Positions 24,188 to 36,921 of a stretch of DNA of 64,000 nt are shown piece by piece. A program made the translations under genes and the position numbers. The DNA is from Somniosus microcephalus. Taxonomy: Eukaryota. Within the stretch, counting starts at the first letter, position 1; each line of letters begins with the position of its first letter. The notes under the pieces were generated by a model. The model did no database searches. It was given only the letters and a program-made list of their open reading frames with translations, and was not told the origin of the DNA. The stretch spans positions 46,128,001 through 46,192,000 of the forward strand of contig CM126219.1 of NCBI GenBank assembly GCA_052327205.1. The letters run 5' to 3'.

Positions 24188-25704
24188 AATGTGTCGAACG
24201 TGTTTGCACACAAACATTTAGAGACAGGGGTTCCCCAATCTCTCGCACTAATGTTAGTGGAAGATTGGTGGAAAGCCAGGCGGAAAGCCCGGGGAAATGG
24301 CTGTTTCCCCTGATCAAAGGTATGATTGGAGAGCGGAAGGACTTTTGCGGAAATTACAAGTGTTTGAGTCTAATTTCAAAGCAAGTTGTTCTGTACCTAC
24401 CATTGCGTTTGTCCTTGAAATACGTTCAGTAGCTTTTTTTTCCATACGATTTTAGAGATCATTATTCATGATAAAATGTAATCTTATCGAAGCTTTTACC
24501 AGCTACTAAACAATGAAATAACATTATTTTCCTGAACAGCTTGCATAAGTAGAACCTTTATTTCTATTTGACCGGACTTCTAACTGTGATGTGCCTCATT
24601 TACATAGTGCCCAAACATTTTTATAAAGCAACCTGCATCTCACTTTTGCTATGAGGCCCGCAGGTATAACACTCTCTGTTACAACTTGCCTTCTAAAGGG
24701 GTGTTAACTGTACTGCCCATCTCATTAAAACATTTTGCTCCCATGTTATAGCGAGGGTGGAGTGTAATTTATTTTAATTACTGCATTTTTGTGAATCGCT
24801 CGAGGATACCCCTACGACATCTGCGCGCACACACACCTTGATAAAACCTGTTGAAATTATTTTAGGAGGACTTTGGGTACCTTCAGATGGCACTATTTCA
24901 ATATTTCAATGTATAGCACAACTCTGAAAGGAAGGCCATATCCAGGTCACAGCTAAACAAGAAAAAAAAACAGATCAGTACATGTTAAGCAGTTCACATC
25001 TGGGACTGTTGGCATTTTCCTCAAATGTCAGAGAGGCTCATAGATTAGCCTGATTAAGCTCATATTAATATTTCCTTTCCTTTGTTAAATGGAGAGCGCT
25101 GTTTCATAATGGGATTAGTTTAATATGGAAATCCTCTCCGCAACAGACAAAAATCGAAGACCCTGCATTTGAAACTGGGCGCTGCTGTTGATTTATATAA
25201 AAGAGAGGCAGGATGAAAACTGTTTGCCTGGAGTAGCTGTATGAGATGGAAATTGTTGTCTGTTTTCATTGCATTTAAAGAAAGAAAAACAAGATTTCTG
25301 TGCTTATCAAAGGTATCAGACGTCCACAACCACATTCATCAAGCAGGAGTCACAGGATAACGATCAGGAGCAGGAACCCTGGCTGCTTGTTACCACCCCC
25401 ACCTTCAGCTCCCAACCAGAGATCAGCAAACTCGGCACACACCAGGCTTCAGATATATTTTTTCAGAACTATGCTGTACTTGCCAAAGTAAGCATCTCCT
25501 GCAAAAATTGTGATTGGTACCATTATGCGCAGAGCCGATTTTCCTCCCCCCCCCCCTTTGCCTCAGTGTAAGTTAGATGGTGTGCATTTAGCATATGTCC
25601 TACTTTACCTCCGCTGACCCTGGTTGTTTTTACAAGTTCAGCTTATTTGAATGGCCTGGATGAATTCCTGCTGGGAATTGGTGCCTGGTGAAAACAGGAG
25701 AAAT

Positions 25705-26555
25705 GATCTGGATTTTACCAGCCCTGAGGAGGCGGGTTTGGAGGCGGGACTGCTGTGAAAATGGGAAAAATTGGGAGCGGATCCCAACCCCGCTCCCAAC
25801 CCGCCTCCGAACCATCTTCCCGGGAGGTGGTCCCCGACTCGCACAGGGACCCGTCTCCTAGCAGCGGGAAGGGGATTAGAGCCAATTAACTGCCTGTTAA
25901 CAGTTAGTTAACAGGCAGTTAAGAGGCTTTTCCCCATTTTCAGCCTGCTGATGCAGGCTTCCCGACGTCTCGGAACCCCGCCAGGGTCAACGAGGTGAGT
26001 TATGGGTCTGCTGCAGTGTAAGTGTGAAAATGACAGCTGCAGAGGTAGTGTGATGGGTGCAATGGTGCACAGGTAAGTATGACAGGTGAGAGAATGTAGT
26101 GAGAAATATTTTTATTCTGTTTATATGTTTCTGCAGATGACAAGATTTCATGTTTCTATGAAGCCTCATCTGATCGGGAGAATTGACAGATGGCTTCTGC
26201 AATCTCACATGCAGCTGCCATCTATTTTCTCCTAAGGAGAGAGTCACTGGTGAGCCTGGGTGCAAGGGCTTACCTTTGGACAGTGATTGTCAGTGTTTGA
26301 CAGCACCTCAATGCTGTCACTGACAATTCATCTGTCATAAAATTATGGTGCCTGTCACTTTAACAAAACCGGCAGATGAAGCATCATGCACTGACGTCAT
26401 CTGACTCCGGCTTTCCCTTAATTGGCTGGCAAGCCTGCAGGGCAGGCCTAACAAGGCCAATCAAGGGAAAATAGCGTCAGGTCATCAGATGTCGCTGGGG
26501 GTGGGACTAGAACCCGGAAACCAGTAGTCCCACCCCCAACACGCCTCCTCAGGCA
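25705..26555. mobile_element. Non-autonomous Harbinger-type element (sister of 36922..37906), right end truncated
   Basis: Colinear similarity with 36922..37906 over ~850 nt. Confidence 0.8.
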
Positions 26556-27646
26556 TGATCGCGGCCGATGTGTTCCCTTAAAAGGCCTGTCCCATTGTAT
26601 GGTCAATGTATTATTTTGGCCAGCTGGCTGCTGTCTGAAGCAACAATCAAAAGGCCTCCACCCTCACAGTACTGCCCTGCGGCATTGAAGAATAGGAACA
26701 AATGTTCCTACCCGAGGTCCAAAGAAGTCGCTGACTGTCCCTTTACAGATCTGAGGAGGCAGCCCCGCAACTTCTAAGGACCAGTTTTAATGTGTGCTCG
26801 TCAGGCCAGTCATTGGCCCAGTGGAATCCCCGGACAATGGTACAGGAGCAGTGATGACATCACTCCTTTGTCATTTGCATGTTTCAGGCAGGGGCTTCCT
26901 GCCTCTGCCTGGTAGGCCCCAGGAAATGCAGGTCAAATAGATCCAGGTTTTCACTCCCATTAGCTCTCCCTAATGCCCTGAGAACTGGTGCACATGGGAC
27001 CTGAGGCAGAAGAAGATCAGCCCCTGCACTGCAAGGTGGCACAAAGCTTTGTTGCCCCAAGGCCCAGGGTCATGTCTGCAATTCGTCACATGATGGGAAT
27101 CCTCTAATCTCAGCAGTACCGTCAGGAGAAAAGACCAAGCAAAGGTCAACTACCTCCATCATGTAGAAATGTTAAGACCAAAGGGGAAATCACTGCTCTC
27201 ACCATCCTCCTTACAGAGTGCCACTAAGAGATGACTGTGAGCAGATCACCTGTCACAGTGTGTGGCATGGGGAGACTTCAAGAGAGGAAGAAAATGCAAC
27301 ATTTACAAAAAAAAGTGTATTACAAAAGATCTGTCGAGTTGAATTTGAAGTGATTCGGTATTATCTTTGTGTTGTCCGCACTTTTGCTTGTCAATTACAA
27401 TGCTGTTGCATTCCATGTTAAAGTGATTAGAAGCCGCAGCCATTTAACAAAAAGCACAGCTGCATACAGGCCACACATTCTCCGTTAGTTCTGTGATCTG
27501 TGGGTGGGAGTTACTGACTACAAGATGAGAGGTTGTTCAGGAAATTGCACAGTTCAGCATTAGGTAGTTGTGCAAGGAGAGAAAATTCTTCCAACAGTTC
27601 AACGTTGTCAAAATAAATGACAAGGAAATTCTTTGAACACGTATCG

Positions 27647-27758
27647 AAAGAAAGACTTGCATTTATATAGCGCCTTTCATGACCACCGGACGTCCCAAAG
27701 CGCTTTTACAGCTAATGAGGTACTTTTTGAAGTGTAGTCACTGTTGTAATGTGGGAAA
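27647..27758 (-). mobile_element. Deu-SINE 3' tail
   Basis: gaaagaaagacttgcatttatatagcgcc...gtgggaaac; nearly the same extent as 58598..58711. Confidence 0.8.
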
Positions 27759-28167
27759 CTATTCTGGTTATCCAGATATCTACTACATGTACCTCTATGG
27801 CCTAGATGGTACTGTTGACAATATAAGTGGCCAAATGGTGAATACATTTACATGACATTCCTGTGTCTTAAGAATTTTATCTAGGTGTTAACCTTTTTTT
27901 AAAAATGTGTTAATTGTTTTCCTAAAAGAGCAGACAGAAAATTATTATATAAATGCATTAAGTGACCTGAAGTGTTCCATCACTAATATCACCAACTGCA
28001 GTTTCTAGTATTTTATGGTTACCTCTATATCTACCCTACTGTGTCCTGATCTAGCTTATATGTATGATGAATACATACATGTGTTTTAGTGGCAGGTAAA
28101 GTATACATTACAGACAATAATGTTTCAATTTCTTTAATGCTTTGATAGAAATATGAACGTTAACTGA

Positions 28168-28566
28168 ATTTCTTTCTTATTTGTTCTCGGGATGTGAGCA
28201 ACACTGACAAGACAGCATTTATCGCCCAACCGAGTTACCCTAAGAAGTTGATGGCAGGCTGCATTCTCGAAGCAATTTATTTTTACAACTGAGTGACTTT
28301 CTAGGCCACTTCAGAGGGCATCACAAGTCAACCACATAGTGTGGGACTGAAGTCACATGTAGGCTAGACCTGTTGTGAATGGCAGGTTGCTTTCTCTGAA
28401 GGGCATTATTGAAAGTATTGGGTTTTTAACAACAATTCAGCAGCTTTCATAGTCATTGTTTTTCGAGTGCCAACTTACATATTACCAGATTTATTGAAAT
28501 TGGTTTGACAACTTGGCAGGGTGGGATTTGAACTCAGTACAGTAGGATAACTACTGTACAATCATA
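28168..28566 (-). mobile_element. tRNA-derived SINE sharing its 3' tail with the LINE at 4102..4410
   Basis: Tail ...gggatgtgagc...cagcatttatcgccc matches 4120..4170; B-box-like gagttcaaatcccac near 28520..28535. Confidence 0.6.
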
Positions 28567-28733
28567 CTTAGAAAGTCTTTCTTACCCAACACACCGCTGC
28601 TAAAGACTTTTCCCTGCCTCTGTGGTCTTTCAGTCGCACATTAATGCATTTGTAATTCATCCATGCCCCAATTATAATAAACTGTCTCTAATTGTTTTCC
28701 TGTAGTCATTCAAATTAAGAGAAGATAAAATTT

Positions 28734-29248
28734 GGGGGAGATTTTAACTCCCTCCGCCCAGTGGAAATGGGGTGGTAGCAGAGTTTAAATGAAGGTGGTG
28801 GACATACTGCCCCATTCCCGCTCTGACACTACTTTTTCTGGGGTCTTCCATTGGGCAGCCGAGCGCTCACCTGAATCAGGCGGGTACCGCAGTAATCTGT
28901 GAAAATTGGAGTTTTATGACATGCATAAGACCCTGATAACATTTTATTGCCATAGACCATCCGCCCAGTAAGGCGGAAGAGGCAGAAGAGGCCCTTTGAG
29001 GTAAGTGTTAAAATTATTTTTGTGAATTCAGGAGGAGTAATAGTGCTCCTCTGGGCTCCACCAGAATAATGTGGGTTGCTGCTGCCCTGGGCTCCCTCCC
29101 ATCCATTATCACAACCCTCCCTCCTCCCCCCACCCCCCAACATTTGGGGCATTCAGTGCACCGCATACATTTTAATAAGGGCCTCCCCTTGGCACTATCG
29201 GACTGGTATGTTCTGCTGCTCCGCCGCCCAATAGTTAAAATGTGCCCC
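28734..29248. mobile_element. Harbinger-type MITE
   Basis: GGGGGAGATTTTAAC / GTTAAAATGTGCCCC inverted ends; TSD not preserved. Confidence 0.6.
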
Positions 29249-29382
29249 AGTGTGACTTTTTCTGGAGCTAATCGGAATTTCTTTCACAATAACAATGTAA
29301 AATGGAACTCTGTGAAGAGCTCAACAATCACAAGTTTGGTCATAAGGGACTGGGAGATACTAAATGACATTTAACTCCGTAT

Positions 29383-30200
29383 AACAGCAACAACAGCAAC
29401 TTGTATTTATATAGCACCTTTAACATAGTAAAATGTCCCAAGGCGCTGCACAGGAGTATTTTAAGACAAAAAAATTTGGCACCAAGCCACATAAGGAGAA
29501 ATTAGGGCAGGTGACCAAAAGCTTGGTCAAAGAGGTAGGTTTTAAAGAGCGTCTTAAAGGAGGAAAGAGAGGTAGCGAGTGGGAGAGGTTTAGGCAGGGA
29601 ATTCCAGAGCTTAGGGCCTAGGCAACAGAAGACATGGTCACCAATGGTTGAGCGATTATAATCAGGGATGCTCAAGAGGGCAGAATTAGAGGAGCGCAGA
29701 TATCTCGGGGGGTTGTGGGGCTGAATGAGATTACAGAGATAGGAAGGGGCGAGGCCACGGAAGGATTTGAAAACAAGGATGAGAATTTTGAAAATGAGGC
29801 GCTGCTTAACCGGGAGCCAATGTCGGTCAGTGAGCGTAGGGGTGATGGGTGAACGGGACTTGGTGCGAATTAGGACACAGGCAGCCGAGTTTTGAATGAC
29901 CTCAAGTTTACGTAGGGAGGAATGTGGGAGGCCAGCCAGGAGTGTGTTGGAACAGTCAAGTCTAGAGGTAACAAAGACATAGATGAGGGTTTCAGCAGCG
30001 GATGAGGTGAGGCAAGGGCGGAGACGGTCGATGTTACGGAGGTGGAAGTAGGCGGTCTTTGTTATGCTGCGGATATGTGGTCGGAAGCTCATTTCAGGGT
30101 TAAATATGACACTAAGGTTGTGAACAGTGTGGTTTAGCCTCAGACAGATGCTAGGGAGAGGGATGGAGTCAGTGGCTAGGGAACGGAGTTTGTGGCGGTT
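29383..30200 (-). mobile_element. L2 LINE 3' fragment, well preserved
   Basis: ORF 29502..30092 AYFHLRNIDRLRPCL...FVTSRLDCSN...HWLPVKQRLIFKIL...PKLWNSLP...FKTLFKTYLF is the L2 ORF2 C-terminus; (ttg)n tail. Confidence 0.93.
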
Positions 30201-31015
30201 AACAAAGTAACTTTATGCTGCTGTAAGTATACATGTTTGGATGTGTCTAAGTATATGATTGTTTTCCTTTGTTAATATTTTTATTTATATTAATTTTGCC
30301 TAATATTTTTCTTGACACATAATTCAATTTTAAAGACCTAGGTTTAAGTATATTTATACTTTTTAATGGAACATTTTTTAAACAGATGCTTTGACTTTCA
30401 TGGTTAATAGCCTTTCCACCTTTCATTATTTCTGGATTTTAACAGTTTTCACCTGGAGGATTAGGCAGCCGCAGTGAAATGTGTAGATCGGTGGCACTGG
30501 CGGATTATTAGGCTTAACATTAAAGCAACATTTCATGCTCTTAATTAATTTTCTACTTATTAACTTATTTATAGTTCCTCATTCCTTAACCTGAAGGTGA
30601 AGCAAAATAATGTCCACCACTAAATTCTGTGCCACAATCTGACCCCAAAGACCTGAAGTTCTTTGAGAGGCATGCTGACATTGTTAATGAGGCGTGGGCA
30701 CATCATTATCTGTGCATTTCCTGTCAGCCAAGGAGATTGCCACATGCTTCCGTTTACCACTTCAGATATTTGGTTTTAAAAAGTAGTCAGACCAAAGACC
30801 AATATAGTCACAGACACTGGCAAGATTGGACACATAAACACATCAGAAAATAAAAGTTGAGATTCAGAATGAACCTTGTCCACAATTACAATATGCTGTG
30901 TATTATTCTCCATTTGTCTATTTGTGATTCAGTAGGATTGTTCAATAATTGCCTCGATGAAAATTAAAGTGAGCTGCACTTGAACTTAGATGGGGTAACT
31001 TGTTAATCTACTTAA

Positions 31016-31087
31016 TGTACTTCATTGGCTATAAAGCGCTTTGATACGTCCTGAGGTCGTGAAAGGCACTACATAAGTCTTTCTTTT
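31016..31087 (+). mobile_element. Deu-SINE 3' tail
   Basis: gtacttcattggctataaagcgctttg...aagtctttcttt. Confidence 0.7.
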
Positions 31088-31660
31088 TCAAAAAGTCTAA
31101 CTAGCTTTTAATTTTAATTTTCTATTTAAAGTTGAGTTTTTAATTAAGCATAATTTACTGAAGCAGGGAAATGTTTAAAAACATTGTCTATGCAGTCCTT
31201 ATTTGAAAAATATACTGGGAGTAAAATGTTCTGAGTCGCTGCATGTCATTTTCCAACCTGGGCTGCAACAGGCGAGGTTCCCTATGGTCATACTTGGAAA
31301 ATGCCCATTCCTGTTTCAGTTAGTGTTAGATATTTTGTTTTAATGGAACAACCTACGGGCCATTAAGTTTCAGTCAGCAGTCATTGCCAATAAGAGCAGT
31401 GGTGTAAATCGTGGTATTCCGAAAGGAACATTTCTTTCTATATGATAAATAATGATGTAATCTTCAAGATGTGAATTCATCAGCAATTGCAACAATGAAC
31501 TAGCCAACAAAACTCCAAATTCAATGTCAACCAGTTTATATATTGATCTACACCAAGTATTGAAGATTAAAGCCTAAAAATTACTGTCGGGATATTAGCA
31601 GACACATATTTAATGCAGTTGCATGCAATTCATTTGGCCATCACATTAGTGCAAGAATTA

Positions 31661-31984
31661 CAGGAAACTCTTTATTATCCGGCACCAAAGAGTGCCGGTT
31701 TATCAAAAAGTCCGGATTACAGAGAGGTATAGTTAAAAGGTACGAGAGCTCCATACACAGCAACAAATCCAGGCTTCCCTGTTGCTTAGCAACATGTGCA
31801 GGAACTCCGGCCACAGACCAAGCGTCCCTGTTGCTTAGCAACAAGTGTCGAACCCCAGTTACACAGCCACAGATCCAGGAACTGCCACTAATATGAAGTA
31901 AAACTTACCTGAATCTACTCCTGAATTTTGCCGGTTAACAGAGATTTCCGGTTATTTAGGTGCCGGTTAAAAGAGAGTTTCCTG
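31661..31984. mobile_element. Tc1/mariner (pogo/Tigger-like) MITE
   Basis: TA|CAGGAAACTCTTT...AGAGTTTCCTG|TA; same family as 15305..15638. Confidence 0.85.
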
Positions 31985-32682
31985 TAACCAGTTTATGTTA
32001 AATGCACTGATGTCTCTTAAAATAAGTGTGCAGAGAAGTGCTGCACAAAGCTTGTCTGCTAATATTAGCAACAGTCATTTGTAGGTTTTAATATTTTACA
32101 GGAAGGGATTTTTATCTCTAAAATACCACGACTGACATTGATGCTATTTTTATTCTTTCTCATGTGGAGCCTCGGGGTAGGTAAGGTATTGATTTGTTTA
32201 CACTTTGGGCCGTTGATATGAAAGGTCTTCAAACTTTGGGGTATATTTCTGTAATGGAAAAGAGCAATTGAATTCCAATTGTTTCAAGGTATTCCTAATC
32301 AGAGTAAAAAAATATATAAATTTCCTCAACTAGCAAAATGTATTAACTTGCAAACAAATTAATTTTATGACCCTCTTAAGCAAAATTCATGTTTGTCATG
32401 TTGATTTTTCTCTGTGATTAACTTCAGTTGATTAACTCCATTATAATATAAAAATAGAATTTAAATAAATATTTGCCACCAAGGTATTGAGTAATGCCAA
32501 CTTGAGGCATTGTAAAATGCAAACTAACATTATCATGGGCATCAGTAGTTTCATTGTTCTTTCTATTGGGCAACTGAAGTTGGTACTAAGGCTGTTTCCC
32601 TTTAACGTTTCATGGGGTAATATTAACTTTGAGATTAACACGTTTAGCTTTGAGTTTTTTAAAGTAATATCACTCACCTGCC

Positions 32683-33450
32683 AACAGTGATACCACTCTC
32701 AACTGTGAGTCAGAATGTTGTGGGTTCAAGTCCCACTACAATGACTTGAGCACATATAATCTAGGCTAATACTTCAGTGCAGTACTAAGGGAGTGCTGCA
32801 GTGTCATAGAATCATAGAAATTTACAGCACAGAAGGAGGCCATTTAGCCCATCGTGTTTGTGCTGGCCAAAAAAGAGCTATCCAGCCTAGACCCACTTTC
32901 CAGCTCCATAGCCCTGTCGGTTATGATACTTCAAGTGCATATCCAAGTACATTTTAAATGTGATGAGTTTTTCTGCCTTTACCAGCCATTCAGGCAGTGA
33001 GTTCCAGACCCACACCATCCTCTGGGTGAAAAAAGTTCTCCTCAACTCCTCTCTAATCCTTCTCCCAGTTATTTTAAAGATATATCCCCTGGTTATTGAC
33101 CTCTCTGCTAAGGGAAATAGGTCCTTCCTATCCACCACTGTCAGAGGTGCCACCTTTCAGATGTGATATCAAATTTCAGTTGGCTATAAAAGATGCCATG
33201 ACACTATTTGAAGAATAGCAGGGACTTCTCTTGGTGTTCTGGCCAAAATTTTCCCTCAACCAACACCACCAAAAAAAGATTATCTTGGCATTAGTCTCAA
33301 TGATGTTTGTGGGACCTTGCTGTGTGCAAATTGCCGGCTGTGTTTCCCTACATCACAACAGTGATGACACTTCAAAAATACTTCAATAACTGTGAAGCAC
33401 TTTGAGATGTTCTGAGGTTGTGAAAAGTGCTTTATAAATCAAGCTCTTTT
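32683..33450 (+). mobile_element. Deu-SINE interrupted by CR1
   Basis: Head gagtcagaatgttgtgggttcaagtccc; the SINE resumes at 33136. Confidence 0.8.
32807..33135 (-). mobile_element. CR1 LINE 3' fragment
   Basis: VDRKDLFPL...TRGYIFKI...FFTQRMVWVWNSLP; (ttctatga)n tail; flanked by cagtgtca / cactgtca. Confidence 0.9.
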
Positions 33451-33546
33451 TTTTCTAATAGTGTGATAAAGGCAGGGTGTTATATGGACGAGTTACACAT
33501 GCATTCAGGCAGGTTTAAAGTAATACAAAAACATGAAAGAAATATT

Positions 33547-34279
33547 GATCCGTATTTTGTGACCCCTATGGGTGCATATGAGGCGCACACGCGCCTGTAG
33601 AGGCCGCACAAGTTCCGGGTTTAGACGTGCGAAGCGCATGCACTGAAACCCGGAACTTGCGATCTGTCAAGAATCTTCTTGACAGATCCTCTGTATCCCC
33701 AGGAAAAGGGCCTCTGCGGGTGGAGAGTTGCGCTATTTGCCCAACTTCCGCCCGCTGAAAGGCCGTGGAATTCTTGCGCCTGGTAAAAGCAGGGGTAAAG
33801 CCTGCTTTTACCAGCATAAAAGTTTAAAAAAATAGAAAAATAAAATGTTATCACTCACTTATACATTAAAAACCCTGTCCAATAAGTTAAGTTTATATTT
33901 AGCCCCGTTAAAATATATATTTTTAAAAATTCAAAAAAATGTATTTTTGTTTAAAATATTTAATTAAATCTAATTTTAATTAATTTCATATATGTAATTA
34001 TTAAAAAACTTATTTCATGTGTTTGTGTATTTTTTAAGTCCTCCCCATTCATACTTATGACAGTTCCGTACGTACGGAAACCCCATAAGTATGAATGTGG
34101 ATCCCCTTCTTTCATTGGTTGGGCCGGCCCATGTGATCCCAGGGCCTCTGCGCATTTCTACCAGGAGAGGCCCAGGATCGCAAGCCTCCGTATCTCCCCG
34201 ACCACCAGGTAAATGCGTAGATTTTTTGATGATCGGAGGCATCCGCCCGCGGGAAGCCTCCGATCGCAAATTCAGGCCC
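33547..34279. mobile_element. Harbinger-type MITE with AT-rich core (sister of 49540..50288)
   Basis: Colinear with 49540..50288; ends ...GCAAATTCAGGCCC; lies ~70 nt from the LGR exon donor. Confidence 0.8.
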
Positions 34280-34348
34280 AATATTTGCATCTCATCCTTT
34301 TCCAAAATGTTCCACCCCATTCGCTCTGGATGTGGTTTTATTACTTAC

Positions 34349-34420
34349 AGCTCTTCCAGGAAGTGGAGATCTCCAAAAGCATTAGGCTGTAGCTCATTGA
34401 TATTGTTCATGCTCAAGTCA
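34349..34420 (-). CDS. LGR6: Internal coding exon (exon 2 equivalent) of an LGR4/5/6-type leucine-rich-repeat GPCR, most similar to LGR6
   Basis: Minus strand reads ttgtgtttttctctctgcag|TGACTTGAGCATGAAC...GAAGAGCT|gtaagt. It is 72 nt and phase 2-2, translating (L)DLSMNNINELQPNAFGDLHFLEE(L). This matches the LDLSMNN...FLEEL first LRR of LGR5/6; ELQP favours LGR6 over LGR5. Family assignment is firm, paralog less so. Confidence 0.85.
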
Positions 34421-36033
34421 CTGCAGAGAGAAAAACACAAAAAAATTATTAAAATGTAATTAGCTCTGTAAATAAAAGAATATTCAATGTTCATAGATAA
34501 TTGCCATTTCATTGCCATTCCTAGATTTACAAATCAACAGCATAATACTGAGGTGTCTTGGTGTATAAAATTATAGAAACATGAAACACCTTGAAGAGAA
34601 AGTAACAACAATATTTAATTCGTAGCCATTTATTGGCAAAGGCTGGCTTTAGATTGGTCAATAATCCTGAATCTGCTATTAAACGCCAACTGTGTACAGC
34701 AATTCTAACAAATGGAACAACTGCTTTGATGGTTCAGACCATTTTTCCTTGACTCTGTTCTGATGTTCCTTCAGTTTTCTCCCCTTCAGCATCTCTTCAA
34801 AGCCACATACTTCCTGCCTTCAAGGGGCCAGGGGAAGTAGTTTCTTCTCCGGGTAATGATAATGCGGCACTTTGTCAACCCTTAGGAGGTGTTCAGCAGT
34901 GGGCTGGTGAAGTCCTATTTGCCAGTTGTTCCCTGCTGTCCTGCAGTCAGGTCCTCCCTGCGGGCAATACGGCCGAGAGCCAGAAATGAGTGGAATTGGA
35001 GATCAAGGACTGAAACCTTGAAGAATGGGGCAATCTTCGAGTTGATCCAAACTCATTTCAAATGCTTTCTTTCAAGTGCTACGTTTCTGTTTGTTAATTC
35101 ACCACAGCAGGTTAATGTTGAAGCAATGAGTCTCCAATCATTCTGGAAGCTATTGTGCTTGAAATTATAAGCTGGCACTTATGAGTGCTTATTGAAGTAA
35201 GCAATGGCTCCAAAACTCATTAAAACATAGCACTCTTAATGGCTGTGCTCCAAGTGTATTGAAAAGAAATTTAGCTCCTAATATTTTATTTTTACGAGTA
35301 TTAGCAAGAAAGGTTTGAGATCTGTTTTATGGTGCCTACCATTTGTGTAGTATTAATAAAAGTAAATTATTACAAATTAACTAGTATGCATATTACTTGC
35401 TTTATAAAAAAAACTTTAATGTTTGTGAATAAACAGCAACTTATTGTCCATTCAAGACCACAACCTAGAGATAAACTGTTGCATATCTACTCAGCCACAG
35501 TAACTTTTGAACCACTTGATCTTAGTTTCAGCTGGAAGAAACATTAATTTTTTCTGATTTAGGCAATTTTTTATGAATATCATTAAAGTGAAAAAAATAC
35601 AATTCGATGGAAATACAAAACAGATGTTAAGAATATGAACAAAAAAAAAAATTTTCCATTTTGGACCATGGCAATAACCAAGTAGCACCAAGATAGCACA
35701 TTGATCAAAGAAGCCCTTTAAATAGCGCTGCTGCAGGGCTCTCGCTGCCTGTTAGCGCCATGATTTGCTGAGCGAGTGTATCACGTGGCACTGGAACAGA
35801 ACAATATCTTAAAAGAGTCCTACAACAAGTGTAGGACCCTTATTTAAATATCATAATGAGCACTTTTTAAATACTTCCAGCACACGCTTTGCATGCCTAC
35901 AGAGAAACCCAATACAATATGGCGGGCAGCGCACTTCTGGTTCGGAATGACCGTGCTCATTCCAACGCCATAGGTGGCCATTTTATGTCTGTAAAATGGG
36001 CACAGCCCGATCCAGTTTCGAGGACACCGTGTT

Positions 36034-36300
36034 TAGAATCATAGAATGGTTACAGCACAGAAGGAGGCCATTTAGCCCATTGAGCCCATGCTGGCTCTCT
36101 GCAAGAGCACTTCAGCTAGTCCCACTCCCCCACCCTTTCCCTGTAGCCCTGCAAATTTTTTTCCTTCAGGTACTTATACAACTCCCTTTTGAAAGCCACG
36201 ATTGAATCTGACTCCACTGCCCTTTCAGGCAGTGCATTCCAGGTCCTAACCACTCGCTGCATGAAATAGTTTTTCCTCATGTCGCCTTTGGTTCTTCTTT
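36034..36300 (-). mobile_element. CR1 LINE 3' end
   Basis: Reverse complement of the 11160..11385-type sequence with a (tagaatca)n tail. Confidence 0.85.
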
Positions 36301-36921
36301 ACTGTGCTGATTACAGAGAGTTCCTACTTATTCGCAAAGATGAGCATTCTAAAAAAAGAGATCTGTAAGCTGCTTTCACTTTCAAGCAGTAACTCAGTAC
36401 AGTTCAAACAGGATCACAGCACAAATGTCAAGGTTACAGATTGTAGGATGTTGTCTTCCTCCTCAATATGTCCCAGGATTTCACAGTAATCTATTGTGTA
36501 TTTAATCGAATCCCTACTTTGTCCTGGAAAACATGTTGGCTTTTGTTATAGGAATCTATAAAACAGGTGTTAGTTCAAAGGAAATGTTCCAAAGATTAAT
36601 TTCTGAAGCAGATGCAGTTATTTTCACATAATTTCTAATTTTCAAACACCTTGCTATAATTATAGCTGTTACAGTAGATGGGAGCCAGGATGCCATGTTG
36701 CCAGGAGATGTGCTAATCTTAAATTAGGGATATAATACATTTGTTACCTTTTTGCAGAGATTTCAATTTATGACAATTATTTCTTCACTTACCAATGACA
36801 ATGTATGAATGGATGCTCTTTATCTGCTGAGGAACAAATTACTGTTCTTACTTTTGGCCTTAATATTGAGTTTAACAAATTTAGACCTTAATCACCGCTC
36901 CCATGTTCTCTCGGACAGCAG

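Noticed and set aside
34720-35710. TCF/LEF-like CTTTGAT/ATCAAAG sites near the LGR exon
   Set aside because: These short motifs are expected by chance at this density; conservation data are needed to support them.
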